NCBI GenBank assembly: GCA_040954595.2
Contig: CM082590.2
Location: 9,574,088-9,638,087, forward strand
DNA: 64,000 bases
Reading direction: 5' to 3'
From: Balanoglossus misakiensis
Lineage: Eukaryota; Animalia; Hemichordata
Below are positions 50,901-63,900 of this stretch, piece by piece. Every line of letters starts with the position of its first letter. Position 1 is the first letter of the stretch. Below the pieces are notes generated by a model. It did not search any database, had not been told where the DNA came from, and was given only the letters and a program-made list of their open reading frames with translations. A program made the position numbers and the translations under genes.

Positions 50901-53900
50901 GCAGAGAATCAGGAACTTAACTCTTTGAACGACATATTAACGTGTCCGTCATCTTTCAAAAAAATAAACCCTCATAACTTTTTCCACATATTTTCTCAAA
51001 TTTTGATTAAGATATGAAGATTATGAAAAAGTGTTTCTATTTGGTCTAAAATTAAAGGGGAAAATTAGGCTTGCTCAGAAAGAACCACACTGAAGTAAAA
51101 CTGGAGGATACGAGAGATGTCCAGTTAAGCAGAAAGGAACCTTACCTCCTGAGGGGGTACATCAAAAGACACTGTTCTCAGATCAACCTTGGTGTAGCTG
51201 TCTGTACATGGCAGGACAAAGAAAATACCTAGCGAGAAAGGAAATTAAAGGGACATTAGCTGTTTCTTTTGGCTTTATTTTCAGTATTTTCGTTCTGTGT
51301 ACCAAATGTAATTTCTTGTTCTACTCCAAACAGCACGCTAATTTTGCCTCTCCCATGACAAACAAATTGAAATGTTGACAGCACCAGTGGCGTATTGTAG
51401 TACTTCAACAATTCATAACTGTCACAGTGTGTGCTGTCACATGTCTGTGAGTCACTCAAGTTACCATTGAGGTTGTCAGTGAAGTCTTTGGGAGCGTTCT
51501 CAAATGTCACGGTAGAACAGGTTAAGGTTTTGTCTCGATCAACGTAACCGATATCAGCTTTTCTTTGGCTGACATTGCAAGTCTGAAAATCAACGACTGC
51601 TTTGTATACGCAAATTGACTCATGTGGTTTTATTTCAATTGTGTCACTGGTGCTATGGCGATTGCTGTTAACACAGCATTAGTCAGCAGTTTTCATGTTA
51701 TTGTGAAATACATGCAGGCCAAATATATGTTTCCAAGTCCTTCAAAACAGTGAGAAAGTCTGGGGAATCAGTAGTCAAACCAAGGGTAAACGTACAGCAC
51801 CAATGGTGTAGCACGACCCCTGATTGTGGATGTTTCGAAAAGAGTGAACGCACCCTACATAAGCACAAATCATAACTGTTTACTCACCAGGTCCTTTGGC
51901 TCCACCAGGCAACAGACGACCAAGTCGAAATATGACTGCTCTTTCATACTCTTGCACCACCTGAAAGAGTCAACGCACTTTCATGATAGTCATTGATGAA
52001 CATTACACGTACCCTCAAAATTACCTGACTATAAAACAACATTATGTCACAAACATATTAAATGTTTAATTTTGTGACTATTTTTATCAGTATATGAATT
52101 CTATATATCAACCACGGATTTTTGTTTTCAAGCAACTTCTCAAATCATTTACAGTAGTAAAGTTATCATTTACACAATTTCTCTATTTGTAGTCTACTGA
52201 GAAAATCCTTAAAACAATAAAAGTTGTGTACCCTGTAACCATATAACCCCCTTTTGACTCTCTTTCACCCCCTTTCTTTGTAAATGGATCCAACTTTACC
52301 GACTGATCAATGGGACCGTACCAAAGCATGCGGGTGAAAGGGGGAGTCACCTTATCTTACCTTGATGCAAACACAGAGAGATAACGGGAAGGTTATAACT
52401 ATGAAGAACCCTGAAACAATCAGGAGTATCACTCCGCAACATCCAATGGAATAATCGGCTGAATCGTCCGCTGTGGACAAGATATACATACAATGAAGGA
52501 GATCGTTAATTTAATGGCGGGTACAGACAAAGAGATCTTACCTTGATGCACACGCAAAGAGAGAAAGGGACAGTAATGATGACCAAGAACCAAGACAATA
52601 TAGTCAGAATCCATCCACAACATCCCGGCGAATAATCTGCGGACTCGTCCGCTGTTAGTAGAAGGAAAAGATTGAGGAAAGTTGAGGATTTTATACAGTT
52701 AGTGGCAGAACTATCGTGCTATCCAGGTGTGCCCTTACAAAAACATTCTATAGATATCTATAGAATTCTATAACCCGCTATTGAATTTGAAATTGTGAAC
52801 TTACAAAAACATTCTATAGATATCTATAGAATCCTATAGCCCGCTATTCAAATGTCACAAAAGACTACAGAATTTCTGTAGACATCTATAGAATTCTCTA
52901 GGCTTTTGAAATTCTATAGAAGTTTGCCGAATTTTTATGAAATTTATAGAATTCACTAGGCTTTTGAAACTCTACAGACGTTTCTAGAATTTCTGTGGAT
53001 ATCTGTAAAATTCTCTGTAGTTTTTGGACCCTTTTCTGAAGATGATTTTTCAGCTCAGACAAGCCTGAGACTTGCTAGAGGCCCCCACAACCCTGCAGCA
53101 CCTGGACATGCTTGAGTTCCGCCACGTACTGAAGTGAACATCACACTATTATACTGTGGAATACTTTATTTTCATTGGAATTTATTTTCCCTGAAATTCT
53201 TTTTTCACTATTTCTTGGCGGCATCTTATGCGCAAGGAATAGGAAATAAGAATTTCCAGTGGGTTTCTATTTTAGAGGAAAAATTAGTCCGTGAAAAAAT
53301 AGTGGTCCTCGTAAAAATTAAGTATTCGACAGTAGTTGTTAGATTACAGACTGTGTCAAAACCACAACACATTAACAGAAGATTAGAGAAGTAGGAATCG
53401 CTTGGTTCAGAGATTAGAAGAAGGGATGCCGTCATAGACTGGATGTTGTGGCTTTGGAGTGAAATTATAATTTTACAGAAAATAACGCCAGCTGTACTTT
53501 TACAATTGTATGTATACTGGCTAAATAGAGACAGACCATGCGACATTCTTGAAGGAGTTATACAAGAAAGTAGATACACAGAGCAAGAATATCGTTAAGT
53601 TAAGAATTAATTGTTTATGTTAGTACATCCATGCATTGTGTAATGACAAATCAACATGCATAAATAGTGAATAAAAAATCATTAATTACAATCATAACAG
53701 ACAATCATTAATTACAGATAACGAGCAATGCCCATCCCTCTACACATGCTAAACCAAGAAGTCCCATACGAATATGGAAGCCTCTAGCATCGCTCAACAA
53801 GAAAGGGACCTTTCCTGTATTAAAAATTACGACCTCAATTCTGTGTTTTTATATTCAAATATGAATGAAGCCTACACACACATGAATAAGTCATATTCAT

Positions 53901-56900
53901 AATCTGTCGCATTCCCATCAAAATTCTGTAACGTGATATGAAAGTAAACGCGTCTGACGAACTTTAATCAATTTGTCACTTAGTAATTAGTTTTCTGTCA
54001 CCCACTATTTTATGAGTTCGTCACTTTTTGACATTGTCACAACTTGCATGCATAAAACAACCATTTTTCATCTGGTCATAATAAGGGCATTTGCAATTAT
54101 GTGTAAAGACTTCTATGTGGTCGTTGAATGCTTAGAAATTTATATTGTACCTTATTACTCGACAGTACGATTATTGTGCTACTGAACAATCGCGTCAATG
54201 AAATCATTAATTAGACTTGTCATTTCATCTCCTATTTTTTAATTTTATTTTCAGTGACTGTTCTGTTTTATAAAAGAACACATGAAATTGAAGCATCCGA
54301 CAACTGAATAATATATTCAAATGTATGCAAACGAGCTGGCATCCAGCCAAAACAGGACACTTCTGTCACTGAGAACAGTTTGTATATGCACGCGAATGTG
54401 TCCCTGTATTTGTACTGTATAGTACTCTATGTACTGTACAAATACAGCACTGTATTTGTATACGGTAGGTTAAGGGAAAATTATATAAAAATGGACGTAG
54501 AAATTAAGGTACAAGACAAAAATGAAGTTGATATACACTGAACTGTGCCTTTAACCCTCTGAACACCACACAGTTTCTTGCTAAAATATCGGTGCAACAT
54601 TTTCTCATTTTTACGCATTTTTCTCTAATTTTCCCCAAAATTTTAGGAAAAAAAAGCTGAAAAACTATAAGGTGACGGCAAGTTGACTTTTGCGTGATTA
54701 ATTTCTTGCCCTAATTTGCAAATGCAAGTGTAGCTGGCCTCTGTCAAGGTTGTTAGGCCATTTTATTGTGAGGTCCACCAGGATATTTTATGCTCTCACT
54801 GGGCACGTATCATTGCCCGTTTGTTCTTAAAATAGCACTGCACCGCAAAGACTAGGTCTGCATAATGAAATTTCACATATGGCCTGCTTGCTAATAATAA
54901 CAGCTATAATTAGACATTTTGTAGGTTTTGTACATCGAGCAGTCCTCTTGAAATGCCGGTGGTGTTGTATCGTTTCTCTTCCTAAGTTGGCATTTAGCTG
55001 TACGACCCTAACCCTGCAGCTGTCTTTAATGGCGTGCTACGAAAAATATCCATTCCACAATTCTTGAACAGCATCTTTCTTGTCTGATACATGATGTACG
55101 ATATTTCACTCAAAACGAAACAAGTTCAATAGATACGTCTGTTAATAATATACAAAATATACAGCATAGAAAACAATGCATTATTTATCAGTAAACATCA
55201 ATCACCATGTCATTCCAGACAATGAGTTGTTTAATTTGAGATACCTCAAGTTGCCAGCGTCCTTGGCAACAGTTGTACTCAGTGTATCAACATTTTTTTT
55301 TCGCAAATGAGAATTTGCACATTTCGGAGTGTCGTTTTGATACGAACAATACAGAAGTTACTTGTGTCTTGAAAGAAATCGAAATAGATATAACATAGTC
55401 TTCATTTTCCAATAAAGTCTGACTTTCAGGGGATTTCTGGTGACCTTGGGAGTGTGAAGGATAATTTACAAGTAGATGACGCGATAAGTACGAGAACATG
55501 GCAACTCAACATTATGTGTTGCTGCTTTTTTTTTATCGAATTGTCTCGAGAGATGAACGCCAAGAGAGAAGTGTCTCACTTGATTAATCATGGGAGTAAC
55601 TGCATCCCTAGATTGGCTCATGATAGTAATTTTCAGCCTCAGCCAAATTAAAATTAATTTTTCTTCTTTTAAAGAGCGAGGAGTCGTCCTGTCTGGCACT
55701 ATCTGTCCCATACAACATAGTTGCTAGCTATTCAAAAGAGTTGTAAATAACTGCTACACTGTACATCACTGCAGACAATCTGGTTGTTACTTTGTATTAC
55801 ACTGTAGTGTTACTGCTACAATGTACATCATCACAAAGGATGTGGTCGTTACTTTGTATTACACTTTAGTGTAACTGCTACAATGTACACCATTGCAAAG
55901 GATGCGGTTGCTACTTTGTATTACACTGTACATTTTGACAAAGTGTGTTGTTACTTTTTAGCTCATTTCCAATTTACATATAGGTCTTTCCCTTGGGACC
56001 AATCAATGGTATGTTTATATTATAAACCGAAAAGTCTTGTGGAGTTAGGAAAAACAAGGTCTGATAAAAAAGCACGACTCTTGATCGGAAAAAAAGACAA
56101 AAAAGCACAAAATACAGCAAAGAGTCTGTACATCATTTTATCAGAAGGTTAATCATGACATTTTTATTTGTTTAATCATCACACAGATAAATTATATTTA
56201 TGTCTTAGATGTACAATTTATCTTGATTGATTTTCATTAAATACATGTATGAGCGTACCTTGACAGCAGGATGATTTACCAGTATAATTTTTCATCACAG
56301 AACAAACACTTCTCACTTATCTACATAAATGTATTTGCATTTGGGAAATATTCATGAGGGTCATTCCATCTTCTGTCCACACATTTTGGCCACCAGCAAA
56401 ACAAACATTTTCCGACAGACAGAAAACATTTAAAGTGTTCTCCCTCAAGGTTATAATGTCAGTTTGCATAACAATATAATTGTTATAATGAATTCTATTG
56501 TTTTTCCTCTAAAATAAATAACTGTTCAAGGGAGAATACACTGCTATCCATTCAAGACAAGAGATAGTCAAACACTTACACAGACTTTATTATTTGCTTT
56601 GCTACAATGTACATAGAGTGAAACATTTCGAATCACAGTATCAAACAGGACTGAGTAAAATTTACAGTCTGCATAGGTATGTTAGTTAGTCCCGGCATTT
56701 TTTTTAAAAATTATTCTTTATTCCGATTTGAAAATGTCACACCTGTGTAGGCCTTGGAAGTGACCGAACAACTTTAAAGGTTGCCTAGCAACAATCTGCA
56801 ACACAAGATCATGTGATGCACCCTCCACCTCCACCCTGAGGTGCCCTTGAAAGAATGTGATCCCTAAAAAAATTCCAGCCTCTCTGAGGAACCTTTTCAA

Positions 56901-59442
56901 TTATTGTGAAATACTTGATTTTCACTGGAAATTTTGAATAATACTAAGTTTTTATTTTCACTATTTCTAGTCAATTGATGTGTATAGCATAGGAAACAGG
57001 AATTTTCACTGGGATTTTAATTTTTGAGAAAAAATTAGTACAACGGGGAATAGTGAACACAAAGTCCTAGTATTACCTAACAAGTATTGGATCAGTATAC
57101 CCACACAGCCTTGCAAACACTACTGAGGCATAACAATCAAGGTGTGAGATATGCCAAAAATATCAATAACCCATCAAAAATTAAAAAAGAATATAATGTC
57201 AAAGTCAAACAAAATTATGTCAAAATCGATCATTTTTGTCCTTTTAAAGACTTATATTTGATTGACAGGTACAGTTGAAAATTTGTTTAAAAGATCAATA
57301 TTTCTCTGACCAAAACTGTTGCCTAGCACATCAATTAAGCAGAAATGTTATTATATAACCATATAGACCTAGCCATGTTTAAATATTCATACGGCTTAAA
57401 TTATATATATCTCATAAAACTCAAACACCACCAGAGCTAACTTTAAGTTATCTTACTGCAGAATGAACAATTCCTCTTTTCACCAGAGATAATAAATGTG
57501 GTAGTTAATCACATTATTTCCATAGTGGATCAATCTTGGCAATTTCCAGGCTTACAAATTAAACAAGATTAGCAATGTTATGTAATCAAGTGTTTGTAGC
57601 TAGCTTAGCCTCAAATGGAAAATTTTACAAGCTCAAAAGCAGGCAAAATGTACACAAATTTTAATACAACTGTACTATTTTATTAACACCCTGATTTTGG
57701 CAACTTAGATCCTTAATGAATCCTTAATCTTTATGTTTTTCAAGTTTATAGAAGCCAGTTTTTTTAAAAACAGCTGGGCTCTCGTGGTTTTATGGAGTGT
57801 GTTTCGCATGTACTGTACCCAGTCTAAATTGTTTGAAGTTAGGGGGCCTCACCATTTAGTTGATGACGTTTTTGTTATGCAAATAAACAGCATGTGACCC
57901 GCGCGCTGTTGTAATACGGGGTCGCGTTGAACTCAACAACCCAGGCACCAAACCCTGCGATCTAACAGAAGAATTACAAAAATAGTCAACATGTAACGCT
58001 AATTTGTATCGTTAGGTACTGAACTGATAATAAATGTCTCATACTAGCTGCTTAAAAACAATAAAACCGGGAAATGAAATGAAATGAAATGAAATGGACA
58101 TGTAGGCAATCGACAACTATTTGCAAGCTGTAATGGACAATAGAAATGGTATTGGTACTCCATATATTGTCTGATAGTGCATGCGTCGGTAATTAGACAG
58201 TCTCTCGACATACCAATCGACCTATCTATCAAAACATATCACCTGCTACAAGTACGTGCGTGTGGATAACGGTATATTATAACAGGGTTCAAATTTCGGT
58301 CGATAAACATACATGACTGAGCTAGTTACACGACTCCAAGGTCAGTTGACTGAAATCGTGAGCGCACTTGACGACGTACTGTTGCGTGCACGGTTAACGC
58401 TACAGAATTTACAAGACTTGGCGTTTTAAACAAATAACAGAGCTGCAGAGATATCAAACTCTACTTTGTCGAGGAATTATAATACTGTTTCTGCTGAGAA
58501 TCATTGCCCTGTTAATTTTAATCGACAACGCAAACACGGTTGCGTTGCATAATGGCCAAGCCCAACGTCACACTCACAGATCAATATTTAGTCTCACAAA
58601 ACACAACCATGTCTACTCCACCCATTTGGAGGAAAATTATTGGGATTTTTTTTTCAATCCGCATCACAAGATTCGTCCAATGCCACTGTCTACAAAGACA
58701 CGCCTTCCTTCACTTCCGTTTTTACCAGACCACAATCTAGTTTTGAGTTTGGAATGAGGAAAAAGGACGCATTTTCTCTCTTCACTCTGGCATAACGACA
58801 CGCCCTGTCCCCTTTCACTAAGGTAAGGGCGCTTTCAAAAAATGGCACGGAGGTTAAAAAAAAACCTCTTGTAATAATCATATATCACAAATTTCAACAT
58901 GGAACACCTTTACTGATCGAGAGGAAGTACCAGGATCATGTATTGCGGTCTCGTCGTGTCTTACAAGCAGTCGCGTTTTCACAGTCATATAAAATCGGAC
59001 CTTCCGATCCTCGACATCATAAAAAATAAATAGATCATGCATGACAGACAGATTGGTCAGTTTCGCTTATTATAAAATTGTTTTATAAATATCTAGACAT
59101 TTTCTCAAGCTTCTGTTTTTCATAGTATCATCTTTCAGTGAGTTTTCCTCGATTTCTTCTAAATCTAAGCCGTGTAACCTTGGTAAATAGAATGCGAAGT
59201 CTTGGCTAAGGAAAGGTCAATATCACTTAAGATGAAAGATCTGGCGATTATTTCGAGGTCACAGGTATTGAAATCTCTGAAAAAAGACTGATTTACCAAC
59301 AAATGCATCAAAACCCAGGACGCTTAAAATTTTGCTGTCCCAAACATTTTCTTGCAGAAACCCATCTCTACCCTAGATGAATCTTACCTCCGATTGGAGT
59401 ATCAAAATTCACAGTATTCTTGTTGTGTGCTCTTTCCGCCAT
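47974..59442 (-). CDS. STOM: Stomatin (band 7 / SPFH family)
   Basis: Exons 59442-59388 (MAERAHNK...), [52651-52542 or 52470-52361], 51960-51888 ([16 protein letters not shown]), 51228-51146 ([14 protein letters not shown]), 50894-50691 ([18 protein letters not shown]...[10 protein letters not shown]), [49427-49372 or 49295-49240], 48819-48741 ([19 protein letters not shown]), 48363-48194 ([10 protein letters not shown]...IIFPLP), 47992-47974. Phases consistent. Confidence 0.95.
48632..48724. mobile_element. Complete copy of the ~90 bp MITE (stomatin intron)
   Basis: ttaaccctttcaccccc...gtgaaagggttaa; more degenerate copies near 7314, 23670, 49019 and 52258. Confidence 0.8.
49240..49427 (-). 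CDS. STOM: Stomatin duplicated exon pair (56 nt each), SPFH domain
   Basis: 49427-49372 [18 protein letters not shown] and 49295-49240 [18 protein letters not shown]; both have TAG acceptors and GTGAGT donors. Confidence 0.9.
52361..52651 (-). CDS. STOM: Stomatin duplicated exon pair (110 nt each), membrane hairpin
   Basis: 52651-52542 [36 protein letters not shown] and 52470-52361 [36 protein letters not shown]; both CAG acceptors and GTAAGA donors. Confidence 0.9.
52736..53020. repeat. Palindrome-rich tandem repeat (ttctatagatatctatagaa core)
   Basis: Two ~65 bp units (from 52736 and 52801), each containing the perfect palindrome attctatagatatctatagaat, followed by decayed units. Confidence 0.75.
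55758..55930. repeat. Inverted copy (about 3 units) of the 58 bp minisatellite
   Basis: gttactttgtattacactgtagtgttactgctacaatgtacatc matches the reverse complement of the unit at 44231-44464. Confidence 0.85.
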
Positions 59443-60920
59443 TTCTTGACCGGGGTCTTGACTAACTTTGTTCGTAGACATACACGGTGGGTTTATTTAT
59501 CGCTTGAGAGATATAAATCTCTGATAAGTTGCGATATGAAAGTGCGATTTCGTGACTTAAGTCGAGAAAGGCCAATAGACGAATGCCTACGTCAATTCGC
59601 CATACTGCCTCTTATTTAAGGACCGCTTAAGTTGGTCGAAATCAGTGATTCAACATCACGCAGGTCACTTGACTATGCATGTATTATGTTGGCATGGCAA
59701 TCAACGGAAATAAATAACCTTTGGTCAATAGCAGGGTCAATAAAGTTGCTCTATCTATTGTTGGCTGACTTCCAATGTGGACACAAGAAAAGATATCTGT
59801 TTGTTAAGACATCTACGTCACATTTTCACGTCAGAGGTAGAACAAAGATCGACTTAAAAATAGCAACGCATATATGTGACCTCCAAACTTTAAGTGTTTC
59901 AGGTCGCAGACCTCTCAAATGCGGTCATCAGGTGATAGCCCCCCCCCCCCCGCTTTATTCCAAGTTTAGATTTGCGGGAAAAGTGGGAATAGAGGGTTAA
60001 ACATTTCTTGAGTGGTTCGAGTTTATTTTGGTGAATTCTGTATTTTTATGGACAAAGCTTTTGAGCAGAGAAAAACAGCTCTCTCACATTTAGATAATTG
60101 ATGATTAGAACAATAAAATTGCTGATGTATGTATTGTGTATTGTCATACTTTTTGTACCTGATCTTAAAATATATATTTTGCTGTCCCAACTATGTAAAA
60201 CTTCTGTAACCTCCTTTGCATATGAACCGGAGGTATTGAAACGCAAATAAACGAAACTGAATCTGAGCTATTTCTTCGCAAAAGTAAATTAATTTGACTG
60301 AGCGTACGAGATGTTGCAACAGGGAAAAACGTAAAACAAACGGCGAAGACATTTTCATCACATGGCGCATGAGGGCGCTGTCGTTTAAATAAGTACAGAG
60401 AAAAATCGCTCATTTTTGTCATTATTTTGTTATTTTATTCAAGTTTATTTGGTAGGCTATTTACTCACAGATGCATGTCATTGTCTGATCTCATGGCTGC
60501 ATTAAAATCCATACATGAACAGTACATATGAATATACAATCATCATTTTATGGTCAATATCAACAGTTGGAGACGTATACTATTGTTATACATATGGGCG
60601 GATTGAGTTGAAACAAAATGTTATATATTGGCGTTGACATTAAAATTGACATTTATAAAAAAAAGTACATTCCACATAAAATGAGCAAAAGCAGTCAGTC
60701 GTATCGCTAAATATTTACAAGACAAATAACAAAATGTCAGTAGATGTGTTTTGTGGCAGTAGATACAGGCTTTTGGTATTCTTTACAAGAATATTAACAT
60801 CTTCAAATAACAGTGTAAATGCACGTTTCGACTATTTATCTTCGAAAAGCATTACACTGGCGAGCACAAGCTGTTGTAGGTGTAGCTGAAAATTCCCAGA
60901 ATCATTCTGAGGATAAATGT

Positions 60921-63900
60921 TCACGGTATTGTCAAACCACACTCTATCCATCTCACGTAGAATTTTCCAGTCCAGGTGTTTCCAATTCCTCCTCCAATCG
61001 ACGCCAAGCGAGGTGCCTCTCCCCATCTTGAGCGGTAATAACCTGAAAATGAAATTTATATAAATATTTTAATAAGCATAAATCATAAGATAAAATGTCA
61101 GAAAGCCAAAACTGTCAGGAAAGGGCGAAACAAAACAGAAATGGAAACTGTAAAATGATGAAATTTCTGGTCAGACTGGAAATAGTCGGGCACCCAACCG
61201 GAAACTCACCACGCGTCAATGGCGAATCCCAGAAATCATTGTCAATGCTTCTCGACTCCGCAGTTCCACCCAGAAATTCACAGTGATCTTGACCATGGCC
61301 GCTGGAGTCGGCAACGTTGAGGAAGACGTCATCTAAGTCATCGCTGAGGAAAATCTTGTATCGGGTTGGGGAACACAGTATCACACCCACGTACATGCCT
61401 ACATCATATCCACTCAGCTTAACTAACTGGTCTCCGTTGCAACTGTTGTACGTGTCATCATACATGAAGTTTCTACGTGTCCACCTGTCGCGAAAAACTA
61501 CAGAAAAATGTCTCTTTAAAATTGTGAATTTAGTTTAAGAAAAACGAAGTTCAATACCAGTGCCTTTTAACATTACTTTCAGTTGTTAATAACTTTTCAT
61601 AAGTTTCACAAGCGACTCAGTTTTGGAGTTCATTTCTTAAAGAAGATTATGCATGATCTTACTTTCTTCTTCGCTATCGTCTTCATCATCTTCATCATCA
61701 TCACCGTTTCCCGGAGACCAGTCTTTGATGCAGGTGCAGTTTCGACCGATGATCCTCAATCCCGTTTGCCGACATTGAGGACAGCAAACATCGAGACCGT
61801 TCACGCTACCGACCCAATCTCTATCACAGTCGTTGCACATAGCTCCACTCCAGCAGATTTCGTATTCTGGTTCTGGTAACAAACAAAAAACAGTAAAGTA
61901 TTAAAACTCACGAGCTGTGGTTGAAGTCGTGCAGACAACCAGTTTGCACACATTTTCGTCTGATGCACGACCAAACTGCAATGACATGCATGGAACATGT
62001 ATGCAGGAAGACGTAAGCGAGCGTGCGCACTTACCAGTTGGTACTCCAGGTACAGGATCCACACAGACGACATTGCAGCCATTCAGACAGCATTTCTTTC
62101 TGCCTGAGCAATCTTGGTCGCTTTCACACTCTTGTCTACATCTACCGCCGCTTCCACCCCCGAAAGCGGGACATTTACCATCTTTTTCTGTTGACCAAAA
62201 ATGTCGGAGAAGAAAACCTATGAGTTGCAAACTCTCTAAATTTGTTATCGCAAAATATCTCCAGAGCACAAAGTCAAAAATATCAACATATCCCAACAAA
62301 ATGCCAGGATGTCAAGATTCCATGATGGTCACGAAACTCACCAACTGGCACAATAGGTGCTGGATCTCTGCAGACAATATTGCATCCGTCCCGGCAACAT
62401 TTCTTCGCACCCGTGCAGTCAAAGTCGCTTTCGCACTCTTGTCGGCATCTGAAGATATCCCCACCTCCCTCAGATGCGGGACAGGTACCTTCTTTCTCTG
62501 TAGTTAAGAGAAGACAGCAGAGAACATGAGCCAAAATAATAATAAAAGTAGAAGTCGGCGTCAACTGACTGACGGAATTGGTCGTTTGTTAACAAGTAAA
62601 TCGTAGACTCGAGATATGACAAGTCGCCAGTGTATTACAGGGTGTAGCATTTGCAAGCCGTCTTGCCCAGATGATATACCAAACCCCAAACAATAACTGC
62701 GTACAGATCACACTTACCACCGGGATCTTCTTCAAGTGGCAAAACACAAACATGTCCACAGCCATTACTGCAACACTTGGTACGATCCGGACAATCTCGG
62801 TCATACTGACACATGTCAACACAAATGCCCGCTTCACCGGGGACTGGACAGGTTCCAGGTTTAACAACTGCGGAGAAAAAAGGAATTAATTTACTTAATA
62901 TTTATTGTTGGTGTCATACAAAGATCAGTGGGATTATTAGGAAATTAAAACGAGGTCACTGTAAGAAACAGGGGCTGACTTACCAGGGGGGGCAGTTGGT
63001 GCTTTAGTTGTTGTGCTTATTGGTCTGGCCGTTGTCCTCCCCTGAGGGTTGGTGATCAGGTGGTAGTTACACAAATCCCCGGTGTTACAGCACACCGTTG
63101 TAGTTTGGTAAGCCGACCTGCCGGGGAGCTGACGACACAAGAACGGATTGGCGTCCACGGTGGCCTTGTCCAGACACCGGAAAGAGTACTTCTCTCGCCG
63201 TCCAACCACCACCTTTTCGCCGAAACAGCTTCCGTCTGTGACGCAGGTTCTGTTCCTCGAGTTGCAGTCAGTGCAGTAACACGTTACTGTGGGATAAAAT
63301 CAACGATTGACACTTTGTGATATGATCTAAAAATCGGAAGAACTACTGAGACCTACTTGATCTGACGAGCTTTGGTGTTCCGTTTCGCATGTTTCGTGGA
63401 GTTCTGAAAATTGTCTATTCACGAGCTCCAATTCAGTGTAACTTATAATCACTTAAAAATATTATATTTGAAAGTCACGGTCATATTAAATTATTCTACC
63501 AAACTCAATGAGGCTACTTACACTGTCTGTGGTTTGTAGCCGTTGGTTCTGGTGTTGGCACGACCCCACTGCACGAACCCTCTCTGAAGGTAACGTCATC
63601 AATCCCCATGCTTGTGTATGGCCAACCGGAGTGCACGGTTTCAAAGACAACCTGAAGAGGGAATTTAAAAAAATATGTTTTTCATATTCTCATAATGATA
63701 TTTTGATCCTTGTTGTCCATAATATATAATTTACCTTATCATAAGCTAGGAGCAACAAAATAACACATCTGGCCAATTCTGTTGGACGATAACTAAACCT
63801 GATGCTTTCGTCATTTTTGCTCAATTCAAGTTGGCCTTTTTTGGTTACATTTGATGGCTTGTTTGTGTTGTTCAGCTCAATGAGTGATGGTCATAATTAA

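Noticed and set aside
61917-62507. 196 aa plus-strand ORF
   Set aside because: Antisense shadow of the WAP exons.
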